From Euprymna scolopes (Eukaryota): DNA of 64,000 nucleotides. Position 1 is the stretch's first letter. Every line of letters starts with the position of its first letter. The position numbers were made by a program, and so were the translations under genes. The stretch lies in NCBI GenBank assembly GCA_053919585.1, contig CM132785.1. One strand, 5' to 3'. Below the pieces are notes generated by a model, which did not search any database, was not told the origin of the DNA, and saw nothing but the letters and a program-made list of their open reading frames with translations. Of the stretch, positions 28,601 through 43,600 are shown piece after piece.

Positions 28601-31600
28601 CTTATGCTACGATTTTTATAAAAACCTTATGCTACGATTTTTATAAAAGCCTTATGCTACAATTTTTATAAAGCCTTTTGCTACGATTTTTATAAAAGCC
28701 TTCATGCTACGATTTTTATAAAAGCTTTATGCTACGATTTTTATAAAAGCCTTATGCTACGATTTTTATAAAAGCCTTATGCTACGATTTTTATAAAAGC
28801 CTTATGCTACGATTTTTATAAAAGCCTTATGCTACGATTTTTATAAAAGCCTTATGCTACGATTTTTATAAAACTTTATGCTACGATTTTTATAAAAGAC
28901 TTATGCTACGATTTTTATAAAAGCCTAATGCTACGATTTGTATAAAAGCCTTCATGCTACGATTTTTATAAAAGCCTTATGCTACGATTTTTATAAAAGT
29001 CTTATGCTACGATTTTTATAAAACTTTATGCTACGATATTTATAAAACTTTATGCTACAATTTTTATAAAAGCCTTATGCTACGATTTTTATAAAAGCCT
29101 TATGCTATGATTTTTATAAAACTTTATGCTACGATTTTTATAAAAGCCTTATGCTACGATTTTTATAAAAGCCTTATGCAACGATTTGTATAAAACTTTA
29201 TGCTACCATTTTTATAAAAGCCTTATGCTACGATTTTTATAAAAGCCTTATGCTACGATTTTTATAAAACTTTATGCTATGATTTTTATAAAAGCCTTAT
29301 GCTACGATTTGTATACAACTTTATGCTACGATTTTTATAAAAAGCCTTATGCTACGATTTTTATAAAAGCTTTATGCTACGATTTTTATAAAAGCCTTAT
29401 GCTACGATTTTTATAAAACTTTATTCTACGATTTTTATAAAAGCCTTATGCTACTATTTTTATAAAAGCCTTATGCTACGATTTTTATAAAAGCCTTATG
29501 CTACGATTTTTATAAAACTTTATGCTACGATTTTTATAAAAGCCTTATGCTACGATTTTTATAGAAGCCTTATGCTACGATTTTTATAAAAGCTTCATGT
29601 TACGATTTTTATAAAAGCCTTATGCTACGATTTTTATAAAAGCCTTATGCTACGATTTTTATAAAACTTTATGCTACGATTTTTATAAAACTTTATGCTA
29701 CGATATTTATAAAAGCCTTATGCTACGATTTTTATAAAAGCCTTCATGCTACGATGTTTATAAAAGCCTTATGCTACGATTTTTATAAAAGCCTTATGCT
29801 ACGATGTTTATAAAAGCCTTATGCTACGATTTTTATAAAAGCCTTATGCTACGATTTTTATAAAAGCCTTATGCTACGATTTTTATAAAAGCCTTATGCT
29901 ACGATTTTTATAAAAGCCTTCATGCTACAATTTTTATAAAAGCCTTATGCTACGATTTTTATAAAACTTTATGCTACGATTTTTATAAAAGCCTTATGCT
30001 ACGATTTTTATAAAAGCCTTATGCTACGATTTTTATAAAAGACTTATGCTACGATTTTTATAAAAACCTTATGCTACGATTTTTATAAAAGCCTTATGCT
30101 ACGATATTTTAAAAGCCTTATGCTACGATTTTTATAAAAGCATTATGCTACGATTTTTGTAAAAGCCTCACGCTACGATTTTTATCAAAGTCTTATGCTA
30201 CGATTTTTATAAAACTATATGCTACGATTTTTATAACACTTTATGCTACGATTTTTATAAAAGCCTTATGCTACGATTTTTATCAAAGCCTTATGCTACG
30301 ATTTTTATAAAACTTTACGCTCCGATTTTTATAAAAGCCTTATGCTACGATTTTTATAAAAGCCTTATGCTACGATTTTTATAAAAGCCTTATGCTACGA
30401 TTTTTATAAAACTTTATGCTATGATTTTTATAAAAGCCTTATGCTACGATTTGTATACAACTTTATGCTACGATTTTTATAAAAAGCCTTATGCTACGAT
30501 TTTTATAAAAGCTTTATGCTACGATTTTTATAAAAGCCTTATGCTACGATTTTTATAAAACTTTATTCTACGATTTTTATAAAAGCCTTATGCTACTATT
30601 TTTATAAAAGCCTTATGCTACGATTTTTATAAAAGCCTTATGCTACGATTTTTATAAAACTTTATGCTACGATTTTTATAAAAGCCTTATGCTACGATTT
30701 TTATAGAAGCCTTATGCTACGATTTTTATAAAAGCTTCATGTTACGATTTTTATAAAAGCCTTATGCTACGATTTTTATAAAAGCCTTATGCTACGATTT
30801 TTATAAAACTTTATGCTACGATATTTATAAAAGCCTTATGCTACGATTTTTATAAAAGCCTTCATGCTACGATGTTTATAAAAGCCTTATGCTACGATTT
30901 TTATAAAAGCCTTATGCTACGATTTTTATAAAAGCCTTATGCTACGATTTTTATAAAAGCCTTATGCTACGATTTTTATAAAAGCCTTATGCTACGATTT
31001 TTATAAAAGCCTTATGCTACGATTTTTATAAAAGCCTTCATGCTACAATTTTTATAAAAGCCTTATGCTACGATTTTTATAAAACTTTATGCTACGATTT
31101 TTATAAAAGCCTTATGCTACGATTTTTATAAAAGCCTTATGCTACGATTTTTATAAAAGCCTTATGCTACGATTTTTATAAAAGACTTATGCTACGATTT
31201 TTATAAAAACCTTATGCTACGATTTTTATAAAAGCCTTATGCTACGATATTTTAAAAGCCTTATGCTACGATTTTTATAAAAGCATTATGCTACGATTTT
31301 TGTAAAAGCCTCACGCTACGATTTTTATCAAAGTCTTATGCTACGATTTTTATAAAACTATATGCTACGATTTTTATAACACTTTATGCTACGATTTTTA
31401 TAAAAGCCTTATGCTACGATTTTTATCAAAGCCTTATGCTACGATTTTTATAAAACTTTACGCTCCGATTTTTATAAAAGCCTTATGCTACGATTTTTAT
31501 AAAAGCCTTATGCTACGATTTTTATCAAAGCCTTATGCAACGATTTTTATAAAAGTCTTGTGCTACGATTTTTATAAAACTTTATGCTACGATTTTTATA

Positions 31601-32050
31601 AAAGCCTTATGCTACGATTTTTATAAAAGCCTTATGCTACGATTTTTATAAAAGCCTTATGCTACGATTTTATAATCCCCTTATGCTACGATTTTTATAA
31701 AAGCCTTAAGCTACAATTTTTATAAAAAGCCTTCATGCTACGATTTTTATAAAAGCCTTATGCTACCATTTTTATAAAAGCCTTTATGCTACGATTTTAT
31801 AAAAGCCTTATGCTACGATTTTTATAAAGGCCTTCTGCTACGATTTTTATAAAAGCCTTATGCTACGATTTTTATAAATGCCTTATGCTACGATTTTTAT
31901 AAAAGCATTATGCTACGATTTTGTAAAAGCCTTACGCTACGATTTTTATCAAAGCCTTATGCTACGATTTTTATAAAAGTCTTATGCTACGATCTTTATA
32001 AAAGCCTTATGCTACGATTTTTATAAAAGCCTTATGCTACGATTTTTATA
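18240..32050. repeat. ~6.8-7.0-kb tandem higher-order repeat, two copies (junction ~25.07 kb), within copy A
   Basis: Markers cttgtgccac 20791/27771 (offset 6980), ORF 24432/31411 (6979), ataacttt 18968/25798 (6830). Boundaries are approximate. Confidence 0.85.
22260..24530. repeat. ~1142-bp tandem duplication (also at ~29.2-31.5, ~48.9-51.2 and ~55.9-58.1 kb)
   Basis: gtatacaac 22332/23474, 29311/30453, 48974/50116, 55953/57095. The atagaag, catgttac, gatattttaaaa, cctcacg and gctccg variants repeat in order. Confidence 0.85.
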
Positions 32051-34615
32051 AAAGCCTTATGCTACGATTTTTATAAAAGCCTTCATGCTACGATTTTTAT
32101 AAAAGCCTTATGGTACGATTTTTATAAAAGCCATATGCTACGATTTTTATAAAAGCCTTATGCTACGATTTTTATAAAAACCTTATGCTACGATTTTTAT
32201 AAAAGCCTTATGCTACAATTTTTATAAAAGCCTTTTGCTACGATTTTTATAAAAGCCTTCATGCTACGATTTTTATAAAAGCTTTATGCTACGATTTTTA
32301 TAAAAGCCTTATGCTACGATTTTTATAAAAGCCATATGCTACGATTTTTATAAAAGCCTTATGCTACGATTTTTATAAAAGCCTTATGCTACGATTTTTA
32401 TAAAACTTTATGCTACGATTTTTATAAAAGACTTATGCTACGATTTTTATAAAAGCCTAATGCTTCGATTTGTATAAAAGCCTTCATGCTACGATTTTTA
32501 TAAAAGCCTTATGCTACGATTTTTATAAAAGCCTTATGCTACGATCTTTATAAAACTTTATGCTACGATATTTATAAAACTTTATGCTACAATTTTTATA
32601 AAAGCCTTATGCTACGATTTTTATAAAAGCCTTATGCTATGATTTTTATAAAACTTTATGCTACGATTTTTATAAAAGCCTTATGCTACGATTTTTATAA
32701 AAGCCTTATGCAACGATTTTTATAAAACTTTATGCTACGATTTTTATAAAAGCCTTATGCTACGATTTTTATAAAAGCCTTATGCTACGATTTTTATAAA
32801 ACTTTATGCTATGATTTTTATAAAAGCCTTATGCTACGATTTGTATACAACTTTATGCTACGATTTTTATAAAAAGCCTTATGCTACGATTTTTATAAAA
32901 GCTTTATGCTACGATTTTTATAAAAGCCTTATGCTACGATTTTTATAAAACTTTATTCTACGATTTTTATAAAAGCCTTATGCTACTATTTTTATAAAAG
33001 CCTTATGCTACGATTTTTATAAAAGCCTTATGCTACGATTTTTATAAAATTTTATGCTACGATTTTTATAAAAGCCTTATGCTACGATTTTTATAGAAGC
33101 CTTATGCTACGATTTTTATAAAAGCTTCATGTTACGATTTTTATAAAAGCCTTATGCTACGATTTTTATAAAAGCCTTATGCTACGATTTTTATAAAACT
33201 TTATGCTACGATTTTTATAAAACTTTATGCTACGATATTTATAAAAGCCTTATGCTACGATTTTTATAAAAGCCTTCATGCTACGATGTTTATAAAAGCC
33301 TTATGCTACGATTTTTATAAAAGCCTTATGCTACGATTTTTATAAAAGCCTTATGCTACGATTTTTATAAAAGCCTTATGCTACGATTTTTATAAAAGCC
33401 TTATGCTACGATTTTTATAAAAGCCTTATGCTGCGATTTTTATAAAAGCCTTATGCTACGATTTTTATAACAGCATTATGCTACGATTTTTATAAAACTG
33501 TATGCTATGATTTTTATAAAAGCCTTATGCTACGATTTTTATAAAAGCCTTATGCTACGATTTTTATAAAAGCATTATGCTACGATTTTTATAAAAGCCT
33601 TACGCTACGATTTTTATCAAAGTCTTATGCTACGATCTTTATTAAACTATATGCTACGATTTTTATAACACTTTATGCTACGATTTTTATAAAAGCCTTA
33701 TGCTACGATTTTTATAAAAGCCTTATGCTACGATTTTTATAAAACTTTACGCTACGATTTTTATAAAATCCTTATGCTACGATTTTTATAAAAGCCTTAT
33801 GCAACGATTTTTATAAAACTTTATGCTACGATTTTTATAAAAGCCTTATGCTACGATTTTTATAAAAGCCTTATGCTACGATTTTTATAAAACTTTATGC
33901 TATGATTTTTATAAAAGCCTTATGCTACGATTTGTATACAACTTTATGCTACGATTTTTATAAAAAGCCTTATGCTACGATTTTTATAAAACTGTATGCT
34001 ACGATTTTTATAAAAGCCTTATGCTACGATTTTTATAAAAGCCTTATGCTACGATGTTTATAAAAGCATTATGCTACGATTTTTATAAAAGCCTTACGCT
34101 ACGATTTTTATCAAAGTCTTATGCTACGATTTTTATAAAACTATATGCTACGATTTTTATAACACTTTATGCTACGATTTTTATAAAAGCCTTATGCTAC
34201 GATTTTTATAAAAGCCTTATGCTACGATTTTTATAAAACTTTACGCTACGATTTTTATAAAAGCCTTATGCTACGATTTTTATAAAAGCCTTATGCTACG
34301 ATTTTTATAAAAGCCTTATGCTACGATTTTTATAAAAGCCTTATGCTACGATTTTTATAAAAGTCTTGTGCTACGATTTTTATAAAAGCCTTATGCTACG
34401 ATTTTTATAAAAGCCTTATGCTACGATTTTTATAAAAGCCTTATGCTACGATTTTTGTAATCCCCTTATTCTACGATTTTTATAAAAGCCTTATGCTACG
34501 ATTTTTATAAAAGCCTTCATGCTACAATTTTTGTAAAAGCCTTATGCTATGATTTTTATAAAAGCCTTAAGCTACAATTTTTATAAAAAGCCTTCATGCT
34601 ACGATTTTTATAAAA

Positions 34616-37600
34616 GCCTAATGCTACGATTTTTATAAAAGCCTTATGCTACGATTTTTATAAAAGCCTTATGCTACGATTTTTATAAAAGCCTTATGCT
34701 ACGATTTTTATAAAAGCCTTATGCTACGATTTTTATAAAAGTCCTGTGCTACGATTTTTATAAAACTTTATGCTACGATTTTTATAAAAGCCTTATGCTA
34801 CGATTTTTATAAAAGCCTTATGCTACGATTTTTATAAAAGCCTTATGCTACGATTTTTATCAAAGCCTTATGCTACGATTTTTATAAAAGCCTTATGCTA
34901 CGATTTTTATAAAAGCCTTATGCTACGATTTTTATAAAAGCCTTATGCTACGATTTTTATAAAAGCCTTATGCTACGATTTTTATAAAACTTTATGCTAC
35001 GATTTTTATAAAAGTCTTATGCTACGATTTTAATAAAACTTTATGCTACGATTTTTATAAAAGCCATATGCTACGATTTTTATAAAAGCCTTATGCTACG
35101 ATTTTTATAAAAGCCTTATGCTACGATTTTTATAAAAGCCTTACGCTACGATTTTTATCAAAGCCTTATGCTACGATTTTTATAAAAGACTTATGCTACG
35201 ATTTTTATAAAACTTTATGCTACGATTTTTATAAAAGCCTTATGCTACGATTTTTATAAAAGCCTTATGCTACGATTTTTATAAAAGCCTTATGCTACGA
35301 TTTTTATAAAACTATATGCTACGATTTTTATAAAAGCCTTATGCTACGATTTTTATAAAAGCCTTATGCTACGATTTTTATAAAACTTTACGCTACGATT
35401 TTTATAAAAGCCTTATGCTACGATTTTTATAAAAGCCTTCATGCTACGATTTTTATAAAAGCCTTATGCTACGATTTTTATAAAAGTCTTATGCTACGAT
35501 TTTTATAAAACTTTATGCTACGATTTTTATAAAAGCCTTATGCTACGATTTTTATACAAGCCTTATGCTACGATTTTTATAAAAGCCTTATGCTACGATT
35601 TTTATAAAAGCCTTATGCTACGATTTTTATGAAAGCCTTATGCCACTATTTTTATAAAAGCCTCATGCTACGATTTTTATAAAAGCCTTATGCTACGATT
35701 TTTATAAAAGCCTTATGCTACGATTTTTATACAAGCCTTATCCTACGATATTTATAAAAGCCTTCATGCTACGATTTTTATAAAAGCCTTCATGCTACGA
35801 TTTTTATAAAAGCCTTATGCTACGATTTTTATAAAAGCCTTATGCTACGATTTTTATAAAAGCCTTATGCTACGATTTTTATAAAAGCCTTCATGCTACG
35901 ATTTTTATAAAAACCGTCATGCTACGATTTTTATAAAAGCCTTATGCTACGATTTTTATAAAAGCCTTATGCTACGATTTTTATAAAAGCCTTATGCTGC
36001 GATTTTTATAAAAGCCTTATGCTACGATTTTTATAAAAGCCTTCATGCTACGATTTTTATAAAAGCCTTATGCTACGATTTTTATAAAAGCCTTCATGCT
36101 ACGATTTTTATAAAAGCCTTATGCTACGATTTTTATAAAAGCCTTGTGCTGCGATTTTTATAAAAGCCTTATGCTACGATTTTTATAAAAGCCTTATGCT
36201 ACGATTTTTATAAAAGCCTTATGCTACGATTTTTATAAAAGCCTTATGCTACGATTTTTATAAAAGCCTTATGCTACGATTTTTATAAAAGTCCTGTGCT
36301 ACGATTTTTATAAAACTTTATGCTACGATTTTTATAAAAGCCTTATGCTACGATTTTTATAAAAGCCTTATGCTACGATTTTTATAAAAGCCTTATGCTA
36401 CGATTTTTATAAAAGCCTTATGCTACGATTTTTATAAAAGCCTTATGCTACGATTTTTATAAAAGCCTTATGCTACGATTTTTATAAAAGCCTTATGCTA
36501 CGATTTTTATAAAACTTTATGCTACGATTTTTATAAAAGTCTAATGCTACGATTTTAATAAAACTTTATGCTACGATTTTTATAAAAGCCTTATGCTACG
36601 ATTTTTATAAAAGCCTTATGCTACGATTTTTATAAAAGCCTTATGCTACGATTTTTATAAAAGCCTTACGCTACGATTTTTATCAAAGCCTTATGCTACG
36701 ATTTTTATAAAAGCCTTATGCTACGATTTTTATAAAAGCCTTATGCTACGATTTTTATAAAAGCCTTATTCTACCATTTTTATAAAACTTTACGCTACGA
36801 TGTTTATAAAAGCCTTATGCTACGATTTTTATAAAAGCCTTATGCTACGATTTTTATAAAAGCCTTATGCTACGATTTTTATAAAAGTCCTGTGCTACGA
36901 TTTTTATAAAACTTTATGCTACGATTTTTATAAAAGCCTTATGCTACGATTTTTATAAAAGCCTTATGCAACGATTTTTATAAAAGCCTTATGCTACGAT
37001 TTTTATAAAAGCCTTATGCTACGATTTTTATAAAAGCCTTATGCTACGATTTTTATGAAAGCCTTATGCCACTATTTTTATAAAAGCCTCATGCTACGAT
37101 TTTTATAAAAGCCTTATGCTACGATTTTTATAAAAGCCTTATGCTACGATTTTTATACAAGCCTTATCCTACGATATTTATAAAAGCCTTAATGCTACGA
37201 TTTTTATAAAAGCCTTCATGCTACGATTTTTATAAAAGCCTTATGCTACGATTTTTATAAAAGCCTTATGCTACGATTTTTATAAAAGCCTTATGCTACG
37301 ATTTTTATAAAAGCCTTCATGCTACGATTTTTATAAAAACCGTCATGCTACGATTTTTATAAAAGCCTTATGCTACGATTTTTATAAAAGCCTTATGCTA
37401 CGATTTTTATAAAAGCCTTATGCTGCGATTTTTATAAAAGCCTTATGCTACGATTTTTATAAAAGCCTTCATGCTACGATTTTTATAAAAGCCTTATGCT
37501 ACGATTTTTATAAAAGCCTTCATGCTACGATTTTTATAAAAGCCTTATGCTACGATTTTTTAAAAAGCCTTCATGCTACGATTTTTATAAAAGCCTTATG

Positions 37601-40600
37601 CTACGATTTTTATAAAACTTTATGCTACGATTCTTATAAAAGCCTTCATGCTACGATTTTTATAAAAGCCTTATGCTACGATTTTTATACAAGCCTTATG
37701 CTACGATTTTTATAAAAGCCTTATGCTACTTTTTTTATAAAAGCCTTATGCTACGATTTTTATAAAAGCCTTATGCTACGATTTTTATAAAAGCCTTATG
37801 CTACTATTTTTATAAAAGCCTTATGCTACGATTTTTATAAAAGTCCTGTGCTACGATTTTTATAAAACTTTATGCTACGATTTTTATAAAAGCCTTATGC
37901 TACGATTTTTATAAAAGCCTTATGCTACGATTTTTATAAAAGCCTTATGCTACGATTTTTATAAAAGCCTTATGCTACGATTTTTATAAAAGCCTTATGC
38001 TACGATTTTTATAAAAGCCTTATGCTACGATTTTTATAAAACTTTATGCTACGATTTTTATAAAAGCCTTATGCCACGATTTTTATAAAAGCCTTATGCT
38101 ACGATTTTTATAAAAGACTTATGCTACGATTTTTATAAAACTTTATGCTACGATTTTTATAAAAGCCTTATGCTACGATTTTTATAAAAGCTTTCATGCT
38201 ACGATTTTTATAAAAGCCTTATGCTACGATTTTTATAAAACTATATGCTACGATTTTTATAAAAGCCTTCATGCTACGATTTTTATAAAAACCTTCATGC
38301 TACGATTTTTATAAAAGCTTTATGCTACGATTTTTATAAAAGCCTTATGCTACGATTTTTATAAAAGCCTTATGCTACGATTTTTATAAAAGCCTTATGC
38401 TACGATTTTTATAAAAGCCTTATGCTACGATTTTTATAAAAGCCTTATGCTACGATTTTTATAAAAGCCTTCATGCTACGATCTTTATAAAAGCCTTATG
38501 GTACGATTTTTATAAAAGCCATATGCTACGATTTTTATAAAAGCCTTATGCTACGATTTTTATAAAAACCTTATGCTACCATTTTTATAAAAGCCTTATG
38601 CTACAATTTTTATAAAAGCCTTATTCTACGATTTTTATAAAAGCCTTCATGCTACAATTTTTATAAAAGCTTTATGCTACGATTTTTATAAAAGCCTTAT
38701 GCTACGATTTTTATAAAAGCCTTATGCTACGATTTCTATAAAAGCTTCATGCTACGATTTTTATAAAAGCCTTATGCTACGATTTTTATAAAAGCCTTAT
38801 GCTACGATTTTTATAAAACTTTATGCTACGATTTTTATAAAAGCCTTATGCTACGATTTTTATAAAAGCCTAATGCTACGATTTGTATAAAAGCCTTCAT
38901 GCTACGATTTTTATAAAAGCCTTATGCTACGATTTTTATAAAAGCCTTATGCTACGATTTTTATAAAACTTTATGCTACGATGTTTATAAAACTTTATGC
39001 TACAATTTTTATAAAAGCCTTATGCTACGATTTTTATAAAAGCCTTATGCTACTATTTTTATAAAACTTTATGCTACGATTTTTATAAAAGCCTTATGCT
39101 ACGATGTTTATAAAAGACTTATGCAACGATTTTTATAAAACTTTATGCTACGATTTTTATAAAAGCCTTATGCTACGATTTTTATAAAAGCCTTATGCTA
39201 CGATTTTTATAAAACTTTACGCTACGATTTTTATAAAAGCCTTATGCTACGATTTTTATAAAAGCCTTCATGCTACGATTTTTATAAAAGCCTTATGCTA
39301 CGATTTTTATAAAAGTCTTATGCTACGATTTTTATAAAACTTTATGCTACGATTTTTATAAAAGCCTTATGCTACGATTTTTATACAAGCCTTATGCTAC
39401 GATTTTTATAAAAGCCTTATGCTACGATTTTTATAAAAGCCTTATGCTACGATTTTTATGAAAGCCTTATGCCACTATTTTTATAAAAGCCTCATGCTAC
39501 GATTTTTATAAAAGCCTTATGCTACGATTTTTATAAAAGCCGAATGCTACGATTTTTATTCCAGCCTTATCCTACGATATTTATAAAAGCCTTCATGCTA
39601 CGATTTTTATAAAAGCCTTCATGCTACGATTTTTATAAAAGCCTTATGCTACGATTTTTATAAAAGCCTTATGCTACGATTTTTATAAAAGCCTTATGCT
39701 ACGATTTTTATAAAAGCCTTCATGCTACGATTTTTATAAAAACCGTCATGCTACGATTTTTATAAAAGCCTTATGCTACGATTTTTATAAAAGCCTTATG
39801 CTACGATTTTTATAAAAGCCTTATGCTGCGATTTTTATAAAAGCCTTATGCTACGATTTTTATAAAATCCTTCATGCTACGATTTTTATAAAAGCCTTAT
39901 GCTACGATTTTTATAAAAGCCTTCATGCTACGATTTTTATAAAAGCCTTATGCTACGATTTTTAAAAAAGCCTTCATGCTACGATTTTTATAAAAGCCTT
40001 ATGCTACGATTTTTATAAAACTTTATGCTACGATTCTTATAAAAGCCTTCATGCTACGATTTTTATAAAAGCCTTATGCTACGATTTTTATACAAGCCTT
40101 ATGCTACGATTTTTATAAAAGCCTTATGCTACTTTTTTTTATAAAAGCCTTATGCTACGATTTTTATAAAAGCCTTATGCTACGATTTTTATAAAAGCCT
40201 TATGCTACGATTTTTATAAAAGACTTATGCTACGATTTTTATAAAACTTTATGCTACGATTTTTATAAAAGCCTTATGCTACGATTTTTATAAAAGCTTT
40301 CATGCTACGATTTTTATAAAAGCCTTATGCTACGATTTTTATAAAACTATATGCTACGATTTTTATAAAAGCCTTCATGCTACGATTTTTATAAAAACCT
40401 TCATGCTACGATTTTTATAAAAGCTTTATGCTACGATTTTTATAAAAGCCTTATGCTACGATTTTTATAAAAGCCTTATGCTACGATTTTTATAAAAGCC
40501 TTATGCTACGATTTTTATAAAAGCCTTATGCTACGATTTTTATAAAAGCCTTATGCTACGATTTTTATAAAAGCCTTCATGCTACGATCTTTATAAAAGC

Positions 40601-43600
40601 CTATGGTACGATTTTTATAAAAGCCATATGCTACGATTTTTATAAAAGCCTTATGCTACGATTTTTATAAAAACCTTATGCTACCATTTTTATAAAAGCC
40701 TTATGCTACAATTTTTATAAAAGCCTTTTGCTACGATTTTTATAAAAGCCTTCATGCTACAATTTTTATAAAAGCTTTATGCTACGATTTTTATAAAAGC
40801 CTTATGCTACGATTTTTATAAAAGCCTTATGCTACGATTTTTATAAAAGCTTCATGCTACGATTTTTATAAAAGCCTTATGCTACGATTTTTATAAAAGC
40901 CTTATGCTACGATTTTTATAAAACTTTATGCTACGATTTTTATAAAAGCCTTCATGCTACGATTTTTATAAAAGCCTAATGCTACGATTTGTATAAAAGC
41001 CTTCATGCTACGATTTTTATAAAAGCCTTATGCTACGATTTTTATAAAAGCCTTATGCTACGATTTTTATAAAAATTTATGCTACGATGTTTATAAAACT
41101 TTATGCTACAATTTTTATAAAAGCCTTATGCTACGATTTTTATAAAAGCCTTATGCTATGATTTTTATAAAACTTTATGCTACGATTTTTATAAAAGCCT
41201 TATGCTACGATGTTTATAAAAGCCTTATGCAACGATTTTTATAAAACTTTATGCTACGATTTTTATAAAAGCCTTATGCTACGATTTTTATAAAAGCCTT
41301 ATGCTACGATTTTTATAAAACGTTATGCTATGATTTTTACAAAAACCTTATGCTACGATTTTTATAAAACTTTATGCTACGATTTTTATAAAAGCCTTAT
41401 GCTACGATTTTTATAAAAGCTTTATGCTACGATTTTTATAAAAGTCTTATGCTACGATTTTTAGAAAACTTTATGCTACGATTTTTATAAAAGCCTTATG
41501 CTACTATTTTTATAAAAGCCTTATGCTACGATTTTTATAAAAGCCTTATGCTACGATTTTTATAAAACTTTATGCTACGATTTTTATAAAAGCCTTATGC
41601 TACGATTTTTATAGAAGCCTTATGCTACGATTTTTATAAAAGCTTCATGCTACGATTTTTATAAAAGCCTTATGCTACGATTTTTATAAAAGCCTTATGC
41701 TACGATTTTTATAAAACTTTATGCTACGATTTTTATAAAACTTTATGCTACGATATTTATAAAAGCCTTATGCTACGATTTTTATAAAAGCCTTCATGCT
41801 ACGATTTTTATAAAAGCCTTATGCTACGATTTTTATAAAAGCCTTATGCTACGATTTTTATAAAAGCCTTATGCTACGATTTTTATAAAAGCCTTATGCT
41901 ACGATTTTTATAAAAGCCTTATGCTACTATTTTTATAAAAGCCTTATGCTACGATTTTTATAAAAGCCTTATGCTACGATTTTTATAAAAGCCTTCATGC
42001 TACGATTTTTATAAAAGCCTTATGCTACGATTTTTATAAAACTTTATGCTACGATTTTTATAAAAGCCTTATGCTACGATTTTTATAAAAGCCTTATGCT
42101 ACGATTTTTATAAAAGCCTTATGCTACGATTTTTATAAAACTTTATGCTACGATTTTTATAAAAGCCTTATGCTACGATTTTTATAAAAGCCTTATGCTA
42201 CGATTTTTATAAAAGCATTATGCTACGATTTTTATAAAAGCCTTACGCTACGATTTTTATCAAAGTCTTATGCTACGATTTTTATAAAACTATATGCTAC
42301 GATTTTTATAACACTTTATGCTACGATTTTTATAAAAGCCTTATGCTACGATTTTAATAAAAGCCTTATGCTACGATTTTTATAAAACTTTACGCTACGA
42401 TTTTTATAAAAGCCGTATGCTACGATTTTTATAAAAGCCTTATGCGACGATTTTTATAAAAGCCTTATGCTACGATTTTTATAAAAGTCTTGTGCTACGA
42501 TTTTTATAAAACTTTATGCTACGATTTTTATAAAAGCCTTATGCTACGATTTTTATAAAAGCCTTATGCTACGATTTTTATAATCCCCTTATGCTACGAT
42601 TTTTATAAAAGCCTTATGCTACGATTTTTATAAAAGCCTTCATGCTACAATTTTTATAAAAGCCTTATGCTATGATTTTTATAAAAGCCTTAAGCTACAA
42701 TTTTAATAAAAAGCCTTCATGCCACGATTTTTATAAAAGCCTTATGCTACCATTTTTATAAAAGCCTTTATGCTACGATTTTATAAAAGCCTAATGCTAC
42801 GATTTTTATAAAGACCTTCTGCTACAATTTTTATAAAAGCCTTATGCTACGATTTTTATAAATGCCTTATGCTACGATTTTTATAAAAGCATTATGCTAC
42901 GATTTTTATAAAAGCGTTACGCTACGATTTTTATCAAAGCCTTATGCTACGATTTTTATACAAGCCTTTTGCTACGATTTTTATAAAAGCCTTATGCTAC
43001 GATTTTTATAAAACTTTACGCTACGATTTTTATAAAAGCCTTATGCTACGATTTTTATAAAAGCCTTCATGCTACGATTTTTATCAAAGTCTTATGCTAC
43101 GATTTTTATAAAAGTCTTCTGCTACGATTTTTATAAAAGCCTTATGCTACGATTTTTATAAAAGCCTTATGCTACGATTTTTATAAAAGCCTTATGCTAC
43201 GATTTTTATAAAAGCCTTATGCTACGATTTTTATAAAAGCCTTATCCTACGATTTTTATAAAAGCCTTCATGCTACGATTTTTATAAAAGCCTTCATGCT
43301 ACGATTTTTATAAAAGCCTTATGCTACGATTTTTATCAAAGCCTTATGCTACGATTTTTATAAAAGCCTTATGCTACGATTTTTATAAAAGCCTTCATGC
43401 TACGATTTTTATAAAAACCTTCATGCTACGATTTTTATAAAAGCCTTATGCTACGATTTTTATAAAAGCCTTATGCTACGATTTTTATAAAAGCCTTATG
43501 CTGCGATTTTTATAAAAGCCTTATGCTACGATTTTTATAAAAGCCTTATGCTACGATTTTTATAAAAGCCTTATGCTACGATTTTTATAAAAGCCTTATG

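Larger units (their letters stand above)
6724..34615. repeat. Copy A of a ~27.9-kb tandem higher-order duplication
   Basis: Rare variants recur in the same order in copy B: gtcctgtg 6849/34741 and atcaaag 6969/34861 (offset 27892), gccgaatg ~11426/39539, aaagaccttctg 14621/42811, aagagcc 16271/44460, ORF 24432/51074, gtaatccccttatt 34457/61025. Confidence 0.9.

Noticed and set aside
34054-34236. 60-aa ORF (also 60622-60804)
   Set aside because: Same artefact. The start comes from a GATGTTT variant, and the two copies are identical because of the large duplication.
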